64,000 nt of DNA from Antedon mediterranea (lineage: Eukaryota; Animalia; Echinodermata), in the NCBI RefSeq assembly GCF_964355755.1, contig NC_092670.1:5880201-5944200 (forward strand), in the 5' to 3' direction. Positions 52,401 to 64,000 of this stretch are shown one piece after another; position 1 is the stretch's first letter, and every line of letters begins with the position of its first letter. The notes under the pieces are model-generated. The model had not been told where the DNA came from. It worked only from the letters and a program-made list of their open reading frames with translations, and did not search any database. The position numbers were made by a program, and so were the translations under genes.

Positions 52401-55400
52401 TGGGTTTATGTTGCAGACTGCTGACACGCCGAATGCCTTGGCGTTAAACGTTATCATGGGCTCCTCTTTATGTGTAGGAAATGTGTCTGATTTTTAGTTT
52501 AAAATAAAGTTATGGTCATTTTGTAAGGTTATTTAAATATTTTATAATAATTATAATCGACGACTAATGGATTACACAGTGGATCTTACTATCAGATGCA
52601 TTCAAAGACGGCATTTACTTACTATCACATGGTGGAAAACCGGTTGATGAAGTCGTGTTAGCCTCACAAGGTAAAAGAGAATCTGATCAAAAAACAATAT
52701 ATTTGTTTAGTAGAACAGTAATAATTTTAACCTAGCAAGAACATGGATCATGCTCTAAAGGTTTCGAAGAAATAATATTATTTTTTTTAATAATGGGTTT
52801 AATTCCAATAATTATACATACTGTAGGTGTTTCTTTTAGATTCGAGATGCCTCTTCTTACGTTTCTTTAAAATGTTTCATCAAAATCCATCTCTCACTAA
52901 TATAATTTCTTCCTAATTATAGTCTTATATTTTCTCTAGGAGATTTTTAAATTGAAATACTTTTTTTTTTGTATATTAGTTAACAAATAATTATATTGTT
53001 TAGTACGTATAAATACAAGTGTCATTCTCTTGTCAAATTGCATTGACCTCAGGTTTCTCAATGGCTGTATATGGCACATCCTAGCCAATTATACTTTTTT
53101 TAAGATGTATTGTGGGTCATTTTGAAGTATCATAAAAGTTATTAACTTTCACCAAAAATTAGACGAAAAAAAAATCATTGAACTGAAATACTATAGACGT
53201 TTTTTTGTTAAAAAAATAACTTTGACTTCCAGTCAAAGTTTTCGTTCAAAACATATCTCATAATGCAACGCGCTTGTTTGGCTACTCTGTATGCATAATC
53301 ATTAAACTTCCTCGCGATCTTTGTGAAAACACCTTCTCAACCGTGACGAGTTGTAAACAATCCTAATTAACATCATGCATAATGCACACTCGTGGTTTGA
53401 AATCTTTGTTTACTTTCGCTGGCGACGATTTTCCAGACGAAATGTAATCAAATTAATTTACCTGTTAATTACGTAAACTTGTTGTTTTGGCTCAAATTTT
53501 CGACTTAAAGTGAATAACTTTAATATTACTTTGATATGGCCAATTTAAATTTAGAATATTTTGACCTTCATTTTTTGTGTTTCAAGGGATAATACATCTT
53601 TAAGTTTCATTGATTACATATTATCTTTTTATTATTATTTTTTTGTAACTTGTTTCTCTACTTGATGCAGGCGTTTACCTGTACAGTAACTCATTTGGGT
53701 TCCTGGAGTGTCTGTGAGGTAATGAACAAAATACAACTCTCCGTCAACAGAACACGCTTTGATGCAAAGATCTACTGAATATTCACACGTCGATGCGAAG
53801 GCATGTACACAGCCAGTTACAGTTTCTACATCGTCTCCAAGTGCTGGATATGTACCTTTAAAATCAAATCAAGTAATCAAACGTTATAGAATACTTCTAT
53901 TTGTCTATCGAAATATCTGTAGGTAAAACTAAGATATATTCATTGTTTGAGATATTTACAATTAACCTTGCATGCATGCCTATTTAGTGGGGTTTATGTT
54001 TATACATTTGTTGACCATGCACCGTTGAATCGGTGGAACTTACAATATGCGATACGGTCCAAGAAACCAAACAGAACAGAAAATTGAAAAATATGATATC
54101 GAGCTCTGTAACTTCTGTATGTATGAGTATATAAGAGAAATTGAATAAATTTGATGAAAGGCAAAAAAAAAGTGTTTCTGGCCTTAAACTTAAAACTGGA
54201 ACCAGTTTGTTTTGTAAAGAAGATATTTTTAGTTCAGGTTTTAATTTAGAAAAAAAAACGTTAAGGAATTCTAATTAGTACAATATTAATAAAGTATAGA
54301 AGTATTTGTAATCCCTAAATTATGAATGTAATGGCGCGGTCAACCAGGTCAGGGTTCCTAACTAAAAATATAAATTGAGAACACTGTGGGTAATTTCTTA
54401 TTTGGTGATCAATTCCTTTTGCGTACGTTATCATAGTGTATGCATGTCATTCACAATTAGTCAACATCAGTGTCAAGAGTTATCTAATGAAACGTATAGT
54501 ACATGTTCATAATTTTTTTTTTATTTACTAGCAGCCTTTTGTAAACTAATTACGACAAAATTAAATTGTGTCATTTACACCAGCATTTGTATTTGAGTGT
54601 GCATTTACTCTGCACACACTAAACATGAATGAACTTAATTGCATAATTTAATATCAGCGGTAATCGGTATGTATTTTTATGGAATAATTTAGAATAATTT
54701 AATTTTTAATTATCTCGCTCTTTAAGCCTGTTTTCCTGTCGACGTTAGTCGACGCTATCATCGTTAATCGTTAAAAGTTCAACGACGATCGTTTGAAAAC
54801 GATCAAGTTGAAATAATAACGATAGCGAGTACCTTTTCCTGTAAATCGTTAACATTTCAATGTCTTCGTAGAAGATCGCCGATTATTGTTAACGATAGCG
54901 TCGACTAACGTCGACAGGAAAACAGGCTTTACTGGTATTAACAAATAGGCCTACAATCAAAGCCTAATTATTATTATGCTTAGTAAAATAATTTAAACAA
55001 ACCATCAATCCAAACTGGAAATAAAGTTCCACATTTAAATAACCCTGGTGTTGAGGTTGGCATTCTAATATCTTTCGTATTACCCTCATTTCTCAGCTTG
55101 TACCAGCCATCTACAATAAAATCATCAGATATTATCAACCCAGGCTCTGTGTCATATCGAATGCTACGATGCCAGTCTGTAAGCACAAGGTCAGTATCAC
55201 ATGGGTCACCCTCAGTTGCAAGGCAGTCTTCATTCCCTATAAAATATATTATTAACGTTATTAGAAATGCAAGATTTTTATTTCCACTATACTCTACATT
55301 GTCTGTCCTTAAGTGAGGTTTATAAAAAATAAATATCAAGAACCATGGAGTAGAGGCGCTAACATACAGTACATATCAAATTTAGGAAATAATTAATTAT

Positions 55401-57815
55401 ACTACTATCTATAATATGTATCAATAAATTCATACAGGCAACCAAAGGTTGAATATGAGTACAATTTTACAGAAAACTTCAAACTCAATGTACATTATAT
55501 AGTAATAAATATTTAAAAACACGTAACATCAAGAAAAAACATTAAAATTAAATTTATTTCGTCTTTTTATAAATAATACAGAGTAATAATGTACAGAGCA
55601 CTTTAGGGGGTAGTCAAAAAGTGAAACACTATAGTGACTCTCCGACCCCTAAAGTGTAAAAATGAAATAAACTTTATGGTAGGATTGTAAGCATGCTTAA
55701 CATGGTCCATATTGCCATTTACTACTATCAATGACCAAGACATTTTTATCAAAAATGATTGTGTATTATTAGTGTTCAACAACCTACTAATCGAAATGAT
55801 TAAATATTATTAGCATTAAGAACTTAACCAAATACGGTATCGGACTGTTAGCAAACCTTTTGGTACGTGTTTTAGAATGAAAGTGTGTTGGCATTACGCA
55901 ATGTTTTCTACAACACTCCTTTCCTCTGATTTAAGCCTGTTTTCCTGTCGACGTTATTCGATGCTATCGACGTTGATCGTTGAAAGTTCAACGACGATCG
56001 TTTGAAAACGATCAAGTTGAAATGATAACGATAGCGAGTACCTTTTCCTGTAAATCGTTAACATTTCAATGTTTACGTAGAAGATCGCCGAATATTGTTA
56101 ACGATAGCGTCGACTAACGTCGACAGGAAAACAGGCTTTAGGTTGCCAAAATTCTGGAATACAGGCTCATTTATGAGTTTATTGGCAAATTGGAAACAAA
56201 TGTTTCTCGCCGAGTTTTGAGAGTTAATAAATAACATTCATCCAAAGCATCTAAATATGAGATATATTTAACACCTAACAATATTCTACAAGCTCTTTTT
56301 TTAATGTGTTTAAGTGCATTATGCTGAAGTTCAGTGAGATCTGGGTGTTTGGTGGTTGGTGGTATTATAGTGATTAGAAGTTTTTGCTAAATGAAAATTA
56401 GATCTCTTTATGTTTACAATATAATTCAAAGCCGGAACTTGGATATAAAATGTTAAAATTCTAAAAATTGTCTTGCCTAAACCCCAACAATGGCCAGGAC
56501 CAGCGGCAGTGGTGCAGCTCGAGTGACAAAAATATATATACTGAAATATAAAGTAGAGTAGGGAATTGCGGCTCATCCTACCCGAGTATAATTTCTCGCG
56601 CACCTAATTATAATTTTTCTTAACATTAGTTTTTATTTGCACCCCTAAATTATATAAGAACGCTTGGTACTCGTTTCAATAGAGGTATGAATTTCTGGGG
56701 TTTTTTTTTTAAACAATTCAACAACATCGGACAGACTTATTGCAGATTTTGAACGCGTATTGAAAATGCGCTGTCCGTCAGCGTTGAAACAGTTGAATTC
56801 GTTTATTCAACCACACTTTTATTTCATTTATTTCGTCTTTTTATAAGTAATAAAAAACCATCAGGTCACAATGTACAGAGCACGTTAGGGGGTAGACGGG
56901 ATTATCAAAAAGTGAAAAAAAAACACTATCGAGTGACTCTCCGACCCCTAAAGTGTAAAAATGAAATAAACTTAAATACAGAAAAACAGTTTAAAATAAA
57001 AATTTCATTGAGTTTAGACAGGTATTTGAAGCAAGTTTTTCTTAAGTGAATTTATAAATGATGACAGGGAAAAAACTAGACTATCTTTAATATTTGGAGG
57101 CAAGTTATTGAACAGACGTGGAAATGAATTTAAAATATCATAATGAGCACACAACGTGTTGCGTTGACTTTGCGTGTAAATAACAAACGTATAGTATTTA
57201 CAGATTGCCACTGTGTAATTAGTATTATTAAATACAGTTTTACAAATAAAAAAGAAAGCAATCGTATCATGTGTATATTTCCTTGAAAATCTATAGTTTA
57301 ATATATTACAATACACTAGACCTACTTACTACTAATCGATTAGGCCTACCTAGCCTACAACAAACAAACAAAATGTTTATTAAGATTTAAAATAAAAATC
57401 GATACTCTATACTAACAAAGACATTTTTTTCGGGCACCTAGAGGTTTGTATTCTTAAAATTATCATTTAATAACATTCCACACTCCCATAAAACGTTCTA
57501 TGAGAGTACCATTTTTCCAGGCATTTGTTTCAATTATATCCCCCGATCAGAAGATATTTAAAGATTGCTATTTCCGGGCACCTCGATGTCCATTAATCCT
57601 AAAATTCTGTCACCTCAGTCCCGATCATGAGGTGAGGTGAGCTTGAAATACTTTAGAAATATAAAATAGGCCTAGTATTGCAAATGAGTGGCAGACACCA
57701 ATGACAAATTAAACATTTTTTTTTTTTAATTAATGAAAATTGAAAATACTGTACCGTTTGTACAAATAGCAAGTGATAAAATCCAAGTAAATTTTGAAAA
57801 CATAAACAGTTTCAT
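34402..57815 (-). CDS. Gene B: VWDE-like transmembrane glycoprotein (SP-D8C-Ig-like-VWD-EGF-mucin-SEA-like-TM), apparently intact paralog of gene A without the YWTD propeller
   Basis: Exons: 57755-57815, 55003-55236, 53679-53855, 52623-52682, 52236-52486, 50265-50351, 49201-49575, 48716-48789, 47802-47865, 41857-42111, 41458-41699, 41045-41321, 40757-40924, 40204-40578, 39845-40102, 39634-39748, 39201-39548, 37743-38915, 37589-37650, 37086-37189, 36634-36842, 35645-35852, 35325-35431, 34402-34475. Total 5358 nt = 1785 aa plus stop. Signal peptide MKLFMFSKFTWILSLAICTNG. Exon phases match gene A and size differences are multiples of 3. Confidence 0.88.
34712..34831 (+). mobile_element. HINE-like short copy in the last intron of gene B
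   Basis: Same structure as the other short copies. Confidence 0.7.
37743..38915 (-). CDS. Gene B mucin-like Ser/Thr-rich exon (391 aa)
   Basis: ORF 37726-38844; highly similar to the gene A mucin exon but without the 285-nt duplication. Confidence 0.88.
41045..48789 (-). CDS. Gene B exons 8-12: VWD domain
   Basis: CSGWGDPHYTTFDG, VKGLCGNFD, FHDSWK, GRRKR linker. Confidence 0.88.
44020..45615 (-). mobile_element. 5'-truncated L2-clade LINE with reverse transcriptase (ORF 44114-45397 plus frameshifted 45370-45627)
   Basis: RT motifs QSAYRRFHSTETAL, LLDYSAAFDT, GVPQGSVKGP, YADDTQLY; C-terminal LHWLPV..RI.FKILLL typical of L2; 3' GCGC stem-loop and ATT-rich tail. Confidence 0.92.
46079..46485 (+). 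mobile_element. Chimeric SINE: 5S rRNA-derived head + tRNA-like segment + CORE-like motif + Deu/Nin domain
   Basis: 46079-46167 matches 5S rRNA from about nt 30 (ttctcgtc.gatcaccgaagttaagcaacgt.gggcccggtt...ggatgggagaccg...gggtgctgta); tccttaggcaagatgctttactctcattgcctc is CORE-like; ccttcggatgggatgtaaagccgttggtcccgtg...gtgcacgttaaaga...ttcgaaagagtagggga..tctcccggtgt is Deu-domain-like. Confidence 0.8.
48059..48605. mobile_element. MITE with ~23-bp TIRs
   Basis: ctcaaacgaaatcagacataagt ... acttatgtctgatttcgcttgag. Confidence 0.65.
48825..48940. repeat. Compound trinucleotide microsatellite (TTA/TTG/TCG)n
   Basis: Directly visible in the gene B intron. Confidence 0.9.
50768..52076 (+). mobile_element. 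Full-length non-autonomous Helitron (family 1)
   Basis: A|TCTATATATT 5' end; 3' GC-rich hairpin ending CTAG|T; no TSD; homologous to 18720-20039 and 1-594. Confidence 0.8.
53679..55236 (-). CDS. Gene B exons 2-3: D8C domain
   Basis: Homologous to gene A exons 7-8 with identical exon sizes (234 and 177 nt). Confidence 0.82.
54725..54928. mobile_element. PIF/Harbinger-type MITE, copy 1
   Basis: TIR agcctgttttcctgtcgacgttagtcgacgctatc; TTA TSD. Confidence 0.82.
55934..56137. mobile_element. PIF/Harbinger-type MITE, copy 2
   Basis: Near-identical to 54725-54928; TTA TSD. Confidence 0.82.
56815..57180 (-). mobile_element. LINE 3' end fragment (CR1-like)
   Basis: PRLFNNLPPNIK...SF...LK ORF2 C-terminus plus 3' tail; the tail recurs at 55550-55675. 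Confidence 0.55.
57755..57815 (-). CDS. Gene B exon 1, signal peptide
   Basis: aaaATG context, MKLFMFSKFTWILSLAICTNG, phase-1 donor compatible with the acceptor at 55236. Confidence 0.8.
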
Positions 57816-60800
57816 TTTGTTTTTATTACTTCCGTCATCATATGCTACTGTCTAATATAAGCAACTCATACAAATGATGAAAAGTTGTGTGTGCGTATGT
57901 ATATGTATAAACTACGCATGCGTACAACACTTTACAGATTATGACACTTTAAAGTGCCTCGTATCATGCACACTAGTAAACAAAATAGTAAATGCGCAAT
58001 TGGTGAAATAATAAGAAATAATCAATTGTCTACCTTTAATACACTCTAAAGAAGAATACGGTGAATCCCCGTACACGTACCAGTGTACAATGAATATAAT
58101 ATTAGCGAAAACATTATGGTGGTCTAGTTATTTCCTGTGGAATGTATCGTCTTGGTAACAAGAGAAGTGTTTTGTTGTTTTGTTTTTAATATCTAGATGT
58201 TTTTGTTGGTGGGGAGTATTAATAAACTATTTAAATCTTGAGTGTAAAATCCAAGATCCATTGAAATAATAATGATGTTATTCGTCATTATTAAAATAAA
58301 AATAGCTAACAAATAACGCTGAAGTACAATAATATTGTGAAACACAAAAAGCAAGTATACACGTCTCAGAAAAGTTTTCGAATGTAGTTTAAGACCTTTC
58401 CGGTACGATTCCGATCATTTTAGTATTTCTCTGCTCAAACAGACCCCACACTCTCTTATTTTTGGAAATCATAGTTTAAAACCGTCCCATGACAAATATC
58501 GGTTATGTTGATATCCCATCACTACAAACTCACAAATGAAGTTTAAACATTGCACGTACATTTCGATACTCCGTTACTCCCCTCATAAAGATATTATATA
58601 TCTCTATGCTCTCCTCTACCTCCTAGAGAACATTTACGGAAGTGAATAAAATATTTTAAAGCCTTCCCAGCACAATTCCCATCCCAATACATTAAAATAC
58701 TGAGGTCGTTATACCATATATTAGACCGGCTTCCCGATACATTGGTACGAACTAGGTACCAATATCAGATGATGGAAGTTACCTGAAGTCAGTCTGAGAT
58801 GTATGCAGACATTTCAATTTATCATTCTAATTAGCATACATATTTGCACGTGTGACTAATCACTACATATCCCCTTTTCATGTATTTACACGGCAGTGTG
58901 TCAGAATAGTATTACAATAGTTTCTTCCTTTTAATCATTCATTTCATACATATTATATTTGTTTACATTTTTAATTTAAAACCCTTTATTTCATTTCATT
59001 ATTTTATCATTCATTTCATACACACACTTTACAGATTTCGTTAGATTTTGTAGCGCACAAAGAATACGACGATGTGAAAGAAAACATTGTGGCGGTGCAG
59101 TTGTGACTCATTGTCTTGGTACAAGACTGCAGGTGTCTATAACTTGTTTTGATACCCGGTGCCTTTGTTGGGGCAATAATAACAATATCAATCTATTTTA
59201 AAAGGTTTTGTAAAATTCAAGATATATTGAAATTGAAATAGTATGTGATTCGTCAATGATTTGTAAAATTTACTATATTTTAAAAAGGAACGCTAAATCA
59301 GCCGAAAAACATTGATAATGTAAAAACAAGTACAGAAATTATATATAATATCAAATGTGATAAGACATATAGTAGAAACATCTATTGGGAAAACCCTATT
59401 AATTTCCCGTGAAAAGATCGAACATTATTATGCTATACAGCCAAACCATATTCAGGTCACACCCATATTTCTGGACACATTTTTGTGTCTCCTGTATTAG
59501 GCAGACAGTTTAGAGAGATATTAGAGCCTATTCTTATTTGAATATTGATATTGTTATATACATCATAGGGAACTACTGGTCGGAACAAAATGTAGCTTGG
59601 ATTTAGTTAATTATTTGTCCTGTGTGCACATTTCTAAAGGATACCGTATAATATCTTAGAATAATAAGTCATTTTATTATTGCATTAATATTTTCATCTA
59701 TTTTTTAAAAATCTAAAATATATACTTTTAACTAAAAATAAAAATCAAGCGAAACAATTAATATTATCAATACAATATTGGTTTTATTTTATTTGTTGTT
59801 TACAATCAGTATTATAGTCTCGAACATTATTGATTTATCTGATTATTCCTTATCAGTTTGTTTAATGTAGGATAAAAATGACCTTTCTATTTGAGATTAC
59901 ATGCAAAGACTAGAGACGCAGCTGCCACATAAACCAACCATCATAAAAAAAAAATACGCATTTATTAAAAAATAAAAATAAAAAATAATATTTAAAAATA
60001 CATTGTAAAACAATGTAGTCTAACTTTTATAAAGCCTCCATTTATGATACTTATGGTAATCAGTACATTTCAAACTTGTATGGGTTTATGGTACAGCACC
60101 TCCAGACGAGACCACATAGCCGGCGCAGCAAAAGTATTCCGTGCTGTAAACCGTCCGTTGTCTGTAGACATATCTATAACTTGTGCTACATCACATAGAA
60201 CAATCAAAAAGTAATACTACTAATTACAAGAGAGAGAAAACAAAGAAAACCCAAAAATGCTCAATTAATATTGAGTATGTGGCTCAGCCGAAACAAATAA
60301 TTATCAATAGGTAGTTGACACGTTGCTTACTATTTCAATTCATTAAATTAATAGTTTGTTTTCACGACAAGCATGATTTGAAAAACCATTCCCAAACAAA
60401 AATCCTCTCATTCAGTCATTTTTTTTATGGTAAACTAAATGAATGAAATGTTCAATGAAAAAATAATTTCCAAAAAAAAATAAAAACATATTTATTTAAT
60501 CACTCAAAATCATTTTTTTGGTATTAAAAATTAAAATTCATTTCTTGTTTGTATTATCTTTTATGTATGTATGCCTGTAAATAATTTCAATTGCAATGTA
60601 TAACTAAAGACGTAAATAGATGTATTTTAAATTTAAATAGGCCTAATTATTAATTTAAACCATTATTATTATTTTAAATAATAGAAAATAAACAGTATAT
60701 CGATATCGCGTAAGTATGCATCGATTCCATGCGAACCAACATGAGGTAGAATCCAAGTAACTGTTTCTGTAGTTTGGTAGTTTTGCAAAGAACTCGTTTG

Positions 60801-60954
60801 AGATGCGCATACATTTTCCCTATACACAAACATAAACCAAATCAAGACATTATAAAAACGATTTAATTCAAAAATATATAAAAATGCAGTACAAATTAAT
60901 GTGCCATTCAAAAGAGTAATTCATATAAATTACTAAGAAAAGTTAGAGTACAGT

Positions 60955-61210
60955 ATCAACCAGTGACAGATCATCAACAAACTTCCACTTTTCACAATTA
61001 GCATCTTTCACAACATCATCGATAGCAGCTTGGAAAACAAGCTTACTGGTTCACCACAGGATATGATTTCTTAGGCTTAAAAAGTTGTCTGGTACATATC
61101 TAATTTGGCGCTTTGTTTTATGCGGCTTATAAGTTCTTTTAGTGAATTGAGCATGTCAATCAGATATTGAGATGTAGGTCTAGAGCATCCTTTTAATGCA
61201 CCCATGTTTT
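60955..61210 (-). mobile_element. Degenerate LINE RT fragment
   Basis: Minus-strand translations GALKGCSRPTSQYLIDML and LVFQAAIDD...WKFVDDLS resemble RT motifs. Confidence 0.55.
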
Positions 61211-61906
61211 TTAAACAAAATATGATAAATAATTTCTTCAGTTAGGCCTACTTTGGCAATTTGTGATAATATCAAAAACGGGTTTATCATGTTCAAACGG
61301 GTTTTCTTTTAGGAATAAGGCACACTATGGCGTCTTTACACTCATGATCACAAGATATAGTAACTGATACACTTAAAAAGAAGACAAACACATTAGGATG
61401 CAACGCACAGGATGCAGATGCTAGAGTCAGAGTTATGAATATTCGTATAAATATTGTTTCCATAGCCAAGATTAAAATATACAGTATACCTGTGTAAAAT
61501 AGAACAGTTATTCATTCTTAGCATTATCAAAATGTTTATTATGGTTAAATTATACTTTTTAGATTAGCATTTGGTTTATGACTTATTACATAGGCCTAAT
61601 CGTGAAGGTGATACATGCACAATAAAAGTATTAGAATTACCTGTATTACGCGATGCTGTGATAAATAACAATTTACAACTTATGCTTCTGTATAGTTACG
61701 CAGAAAATGACAAAATGTATGTGTCTACTGCCTTACTGTATAATGAAAAATCTGACAATTAATAACGTAACGCAGAAGGTCTAAAATATGGTAATTTGCC
61801 AAAAGAAAAATGTCTTCAATTATATGAAGGAGGTTCTCATAGAAATAATAAATGAACTCGATATCTTCAATTCAACCACACGATTTTCGTTGATTGAACA
61901 ACAATA

Positions 61907-62407
61907 GAGGGGTTTCGCAATCTTACGAATACGATAACGAAAACGGATACGTCACGCACACGTATTCGTTTTCGTAAGCCATAAAAAAAATCTGTTTCGC
62001 ATGGCAACGAAATATTGAGGCGCGTCCAAAATATGACTGCGGTAAATTTGAGCGAAGCGCAGGTACGTGTTGCTTGGTGCTTGGCAGCTGCCTAGGCCTA
62101 GCGTAACATCAAAGCGAGTGAGGACTTTAAAAACTGCTATTTATCAAAATTGACTTGCCATTTTAGTAAATTACTTTCAATAAATCTATAATTATATTAT
62201 AATTAATTATAATTAATTCCTGATTCAAATGCAAAATGTGCAAAATAGATCAAAAACTATACTCGTTTTTTAGTTACGAATATGACTGGTGATATTCGTC
62301 AACACGAATACGCTTTACGAATATGAAATGGGGATCAGCTCAAAAGTTTCACAAATGTATGACGTATCCGTTTTCGTTATCGTATTCGTAATGTTGCGAA
62401 ACCTCCC
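61907..62407. mobile_element. MITE with ~50-bp TIRs and TA flanks
   Basis: gaggggtttcgcaatcttacgaatacgataacgaaaacggatacgtca and its inverted copy at about 62360-62407. Confidence 0.78.
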
Positions 62408-62705
62408 TATTATTAGCGAGTTAACGATATGGTTTAGTTAGTGTGGTTAGTATTATTTAGTGATTATGTCAAGTATTTAGGTTCAGTTCGCCATCATGGG
62501 CCCAATCATCCATGTCTGACATCTCCAACCTACAACACGTAGAGAGTACACCAAAGCTTAGCCCATCGGTCTTTTCCACATTAAAATTAAGATAACAAAA
62601 TGTATTGCTTTAAGGTTTGTCGTGTTGTATAATTATTTTGTTTTACTTTTTCTAAACTGGTTACAAAGTTGAATGACCTGTGTCACCTATATAAAATTAT
62701 ATTAT

Positions 62706-62788
62706 AACAAGGCCATATACATGGCTGCAGTCGCGTGCTCAAGTTAGTGTTTACCAACCAACCGACCGACATAGTGAGCTGTAGAGTC
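62706..62788 (-). mobile_element. HINE-like short copy
   Basis: Reverse complement of the short form. Confidence 0.65.
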
Positions 62789-64000
62789 AAACATTGGTAT
62801 AATAATTTACTTTCCGTACAATGTTATATAAAAGCCAAATCAAAAGTGTGGATTGAATGAACTGAAAGAACAATTATTACATTTTGTTAAATTTCTCAAT
62901 ATTTTTCAATAGTTTTTTGTGTCAATTATACGATAATATTTATTGCCATATAAACAACATTCTAAATTGTGATAGGTTAAATTTAACATGCAATACAAAC
63001 AGTCAGGAGAAAAATGGCAAAATCATCACTTTTGTCATGTTACAAGTGTTGTGAAAAAAATATAGATTAACTGATAAAACTCCTAGAAAGTAGGAAACCT
63101 GCAAACTTACAAGTACAATATACTGTATACAAAATCGTGACAAGCTATTCTAAAGTGATTTTAAATTGAACTTTCAAACTTACTATTAAATGCATATAAT
63201 TATAAACAAAATTGTCTTTAAGGTTCAGTGTTTTGATTTAGAGTGATCAGTCTACCAGTTGTTAGTAATAGTTTAATATATGCTGTAGCTGTAAACATTA
63301 TACATATTTATGCAATGTAAAAAACCGTTTGATGAAAAAAATACTGTGCAAAATTTTTTTTAAGATGATTTCTTTACTTACATTTTTTTCTCCAACTGAA
63401 ACTTGATGGCGCAATTTGGTAGCAGTACCTGTATAGCATTTGGAAATTAGATCTTTCTTTTTGCTAATAAATACCATGTATAATTCTTATACTCTCGGAG
63501 AGCAATTGCTATATTAATAATGAATTTGTATTCACAAACTCGCGCTATTCTTAATTGAATCCGTTAACTTCACCCGGGCAATCACTAACAAAAGTTGACA
63601 TATTTTACGGATGAGAAAGTATTCTTCATTGAATAATTACGTCATTATATTATGTTCCTTCAATTTGTTTTTATGTTTTCATTCTTGCCATGGTTAATAG
63701 TTTCTATCCGGTCACCATGTAGGCATACACGAATCATAGTAAGAATAGGCGAAAGAGCAAACATAAGCTACACTCAAATTAAAAGGCTAACCAATGAGAT
63801 AAATAGCGAAAGCAGAGTTATGAACCAGTGGCCGTATTCACCAATCTCACTTAGGCTAAGGGAAATACTTACCCTTAAAATTTAAGAATTCCCTTAACAA
63901 AGGGAAACACTTAAGGGGTATTCACAAATGAGTTAAGGGATTTACTTACCTAAGGAAAACACTTAATGTAAGGGTAGAAATAATCATAAATATTCATGAG

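Noticed and set aside
1-64000. CRISPR arrays or prokaryotic operons
   Set aside because: Spliceosomal gene structure and eukaryotic transposons throughout; no regularly spaced repeat-spacer array seen.

Overview
AT-rich, intron-rich animal genomic DNA, probably a marine invertebrate (a deuterostome such as an echinoderm is plausible from the Deu-SINE, but this is not provable here). The window is dominated by two tandem paralogous multi-exon genes on the minus strand. Gene A (29543->9003) has 29 exons and about 2186 codons; gene B (57815->34402) has 24 exons and about 1785 aa. Both encode VWDE-like type I membrane glycoproteins: signal peptide, UMOD/GP2-like D8C domain, Ig-like region, GDPH-containing VWD, EGF, cadherin/Ig-like repeat, Ser/Thr mucin stalk, SEA-like juxtamembrane domain, TM helix and a short tail. 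Only gene A has an N-terminal YWTD beta-propeller. Gene A also has an in-frame TGA in its signal-peptide exon where gene B has Trp, followed immediately by an ATG. A relic of a third promoter/first exon lies at about 1260-2135. Non-coding DNA is full of mobile-element debris: non-autonomous Helitrons, DINE-1/HINE-like elements, several MITE families, L2/CR1 LINE fragments, a tRNA SINE, a 5S/tRNA/Deu chimeric SINE, a Penelope-type minimal hammerhead ribozyme and apparent excision footprints. Exon models were built by hand from GT/AG signals, intron phases and paralog comparison; no database searches were run.
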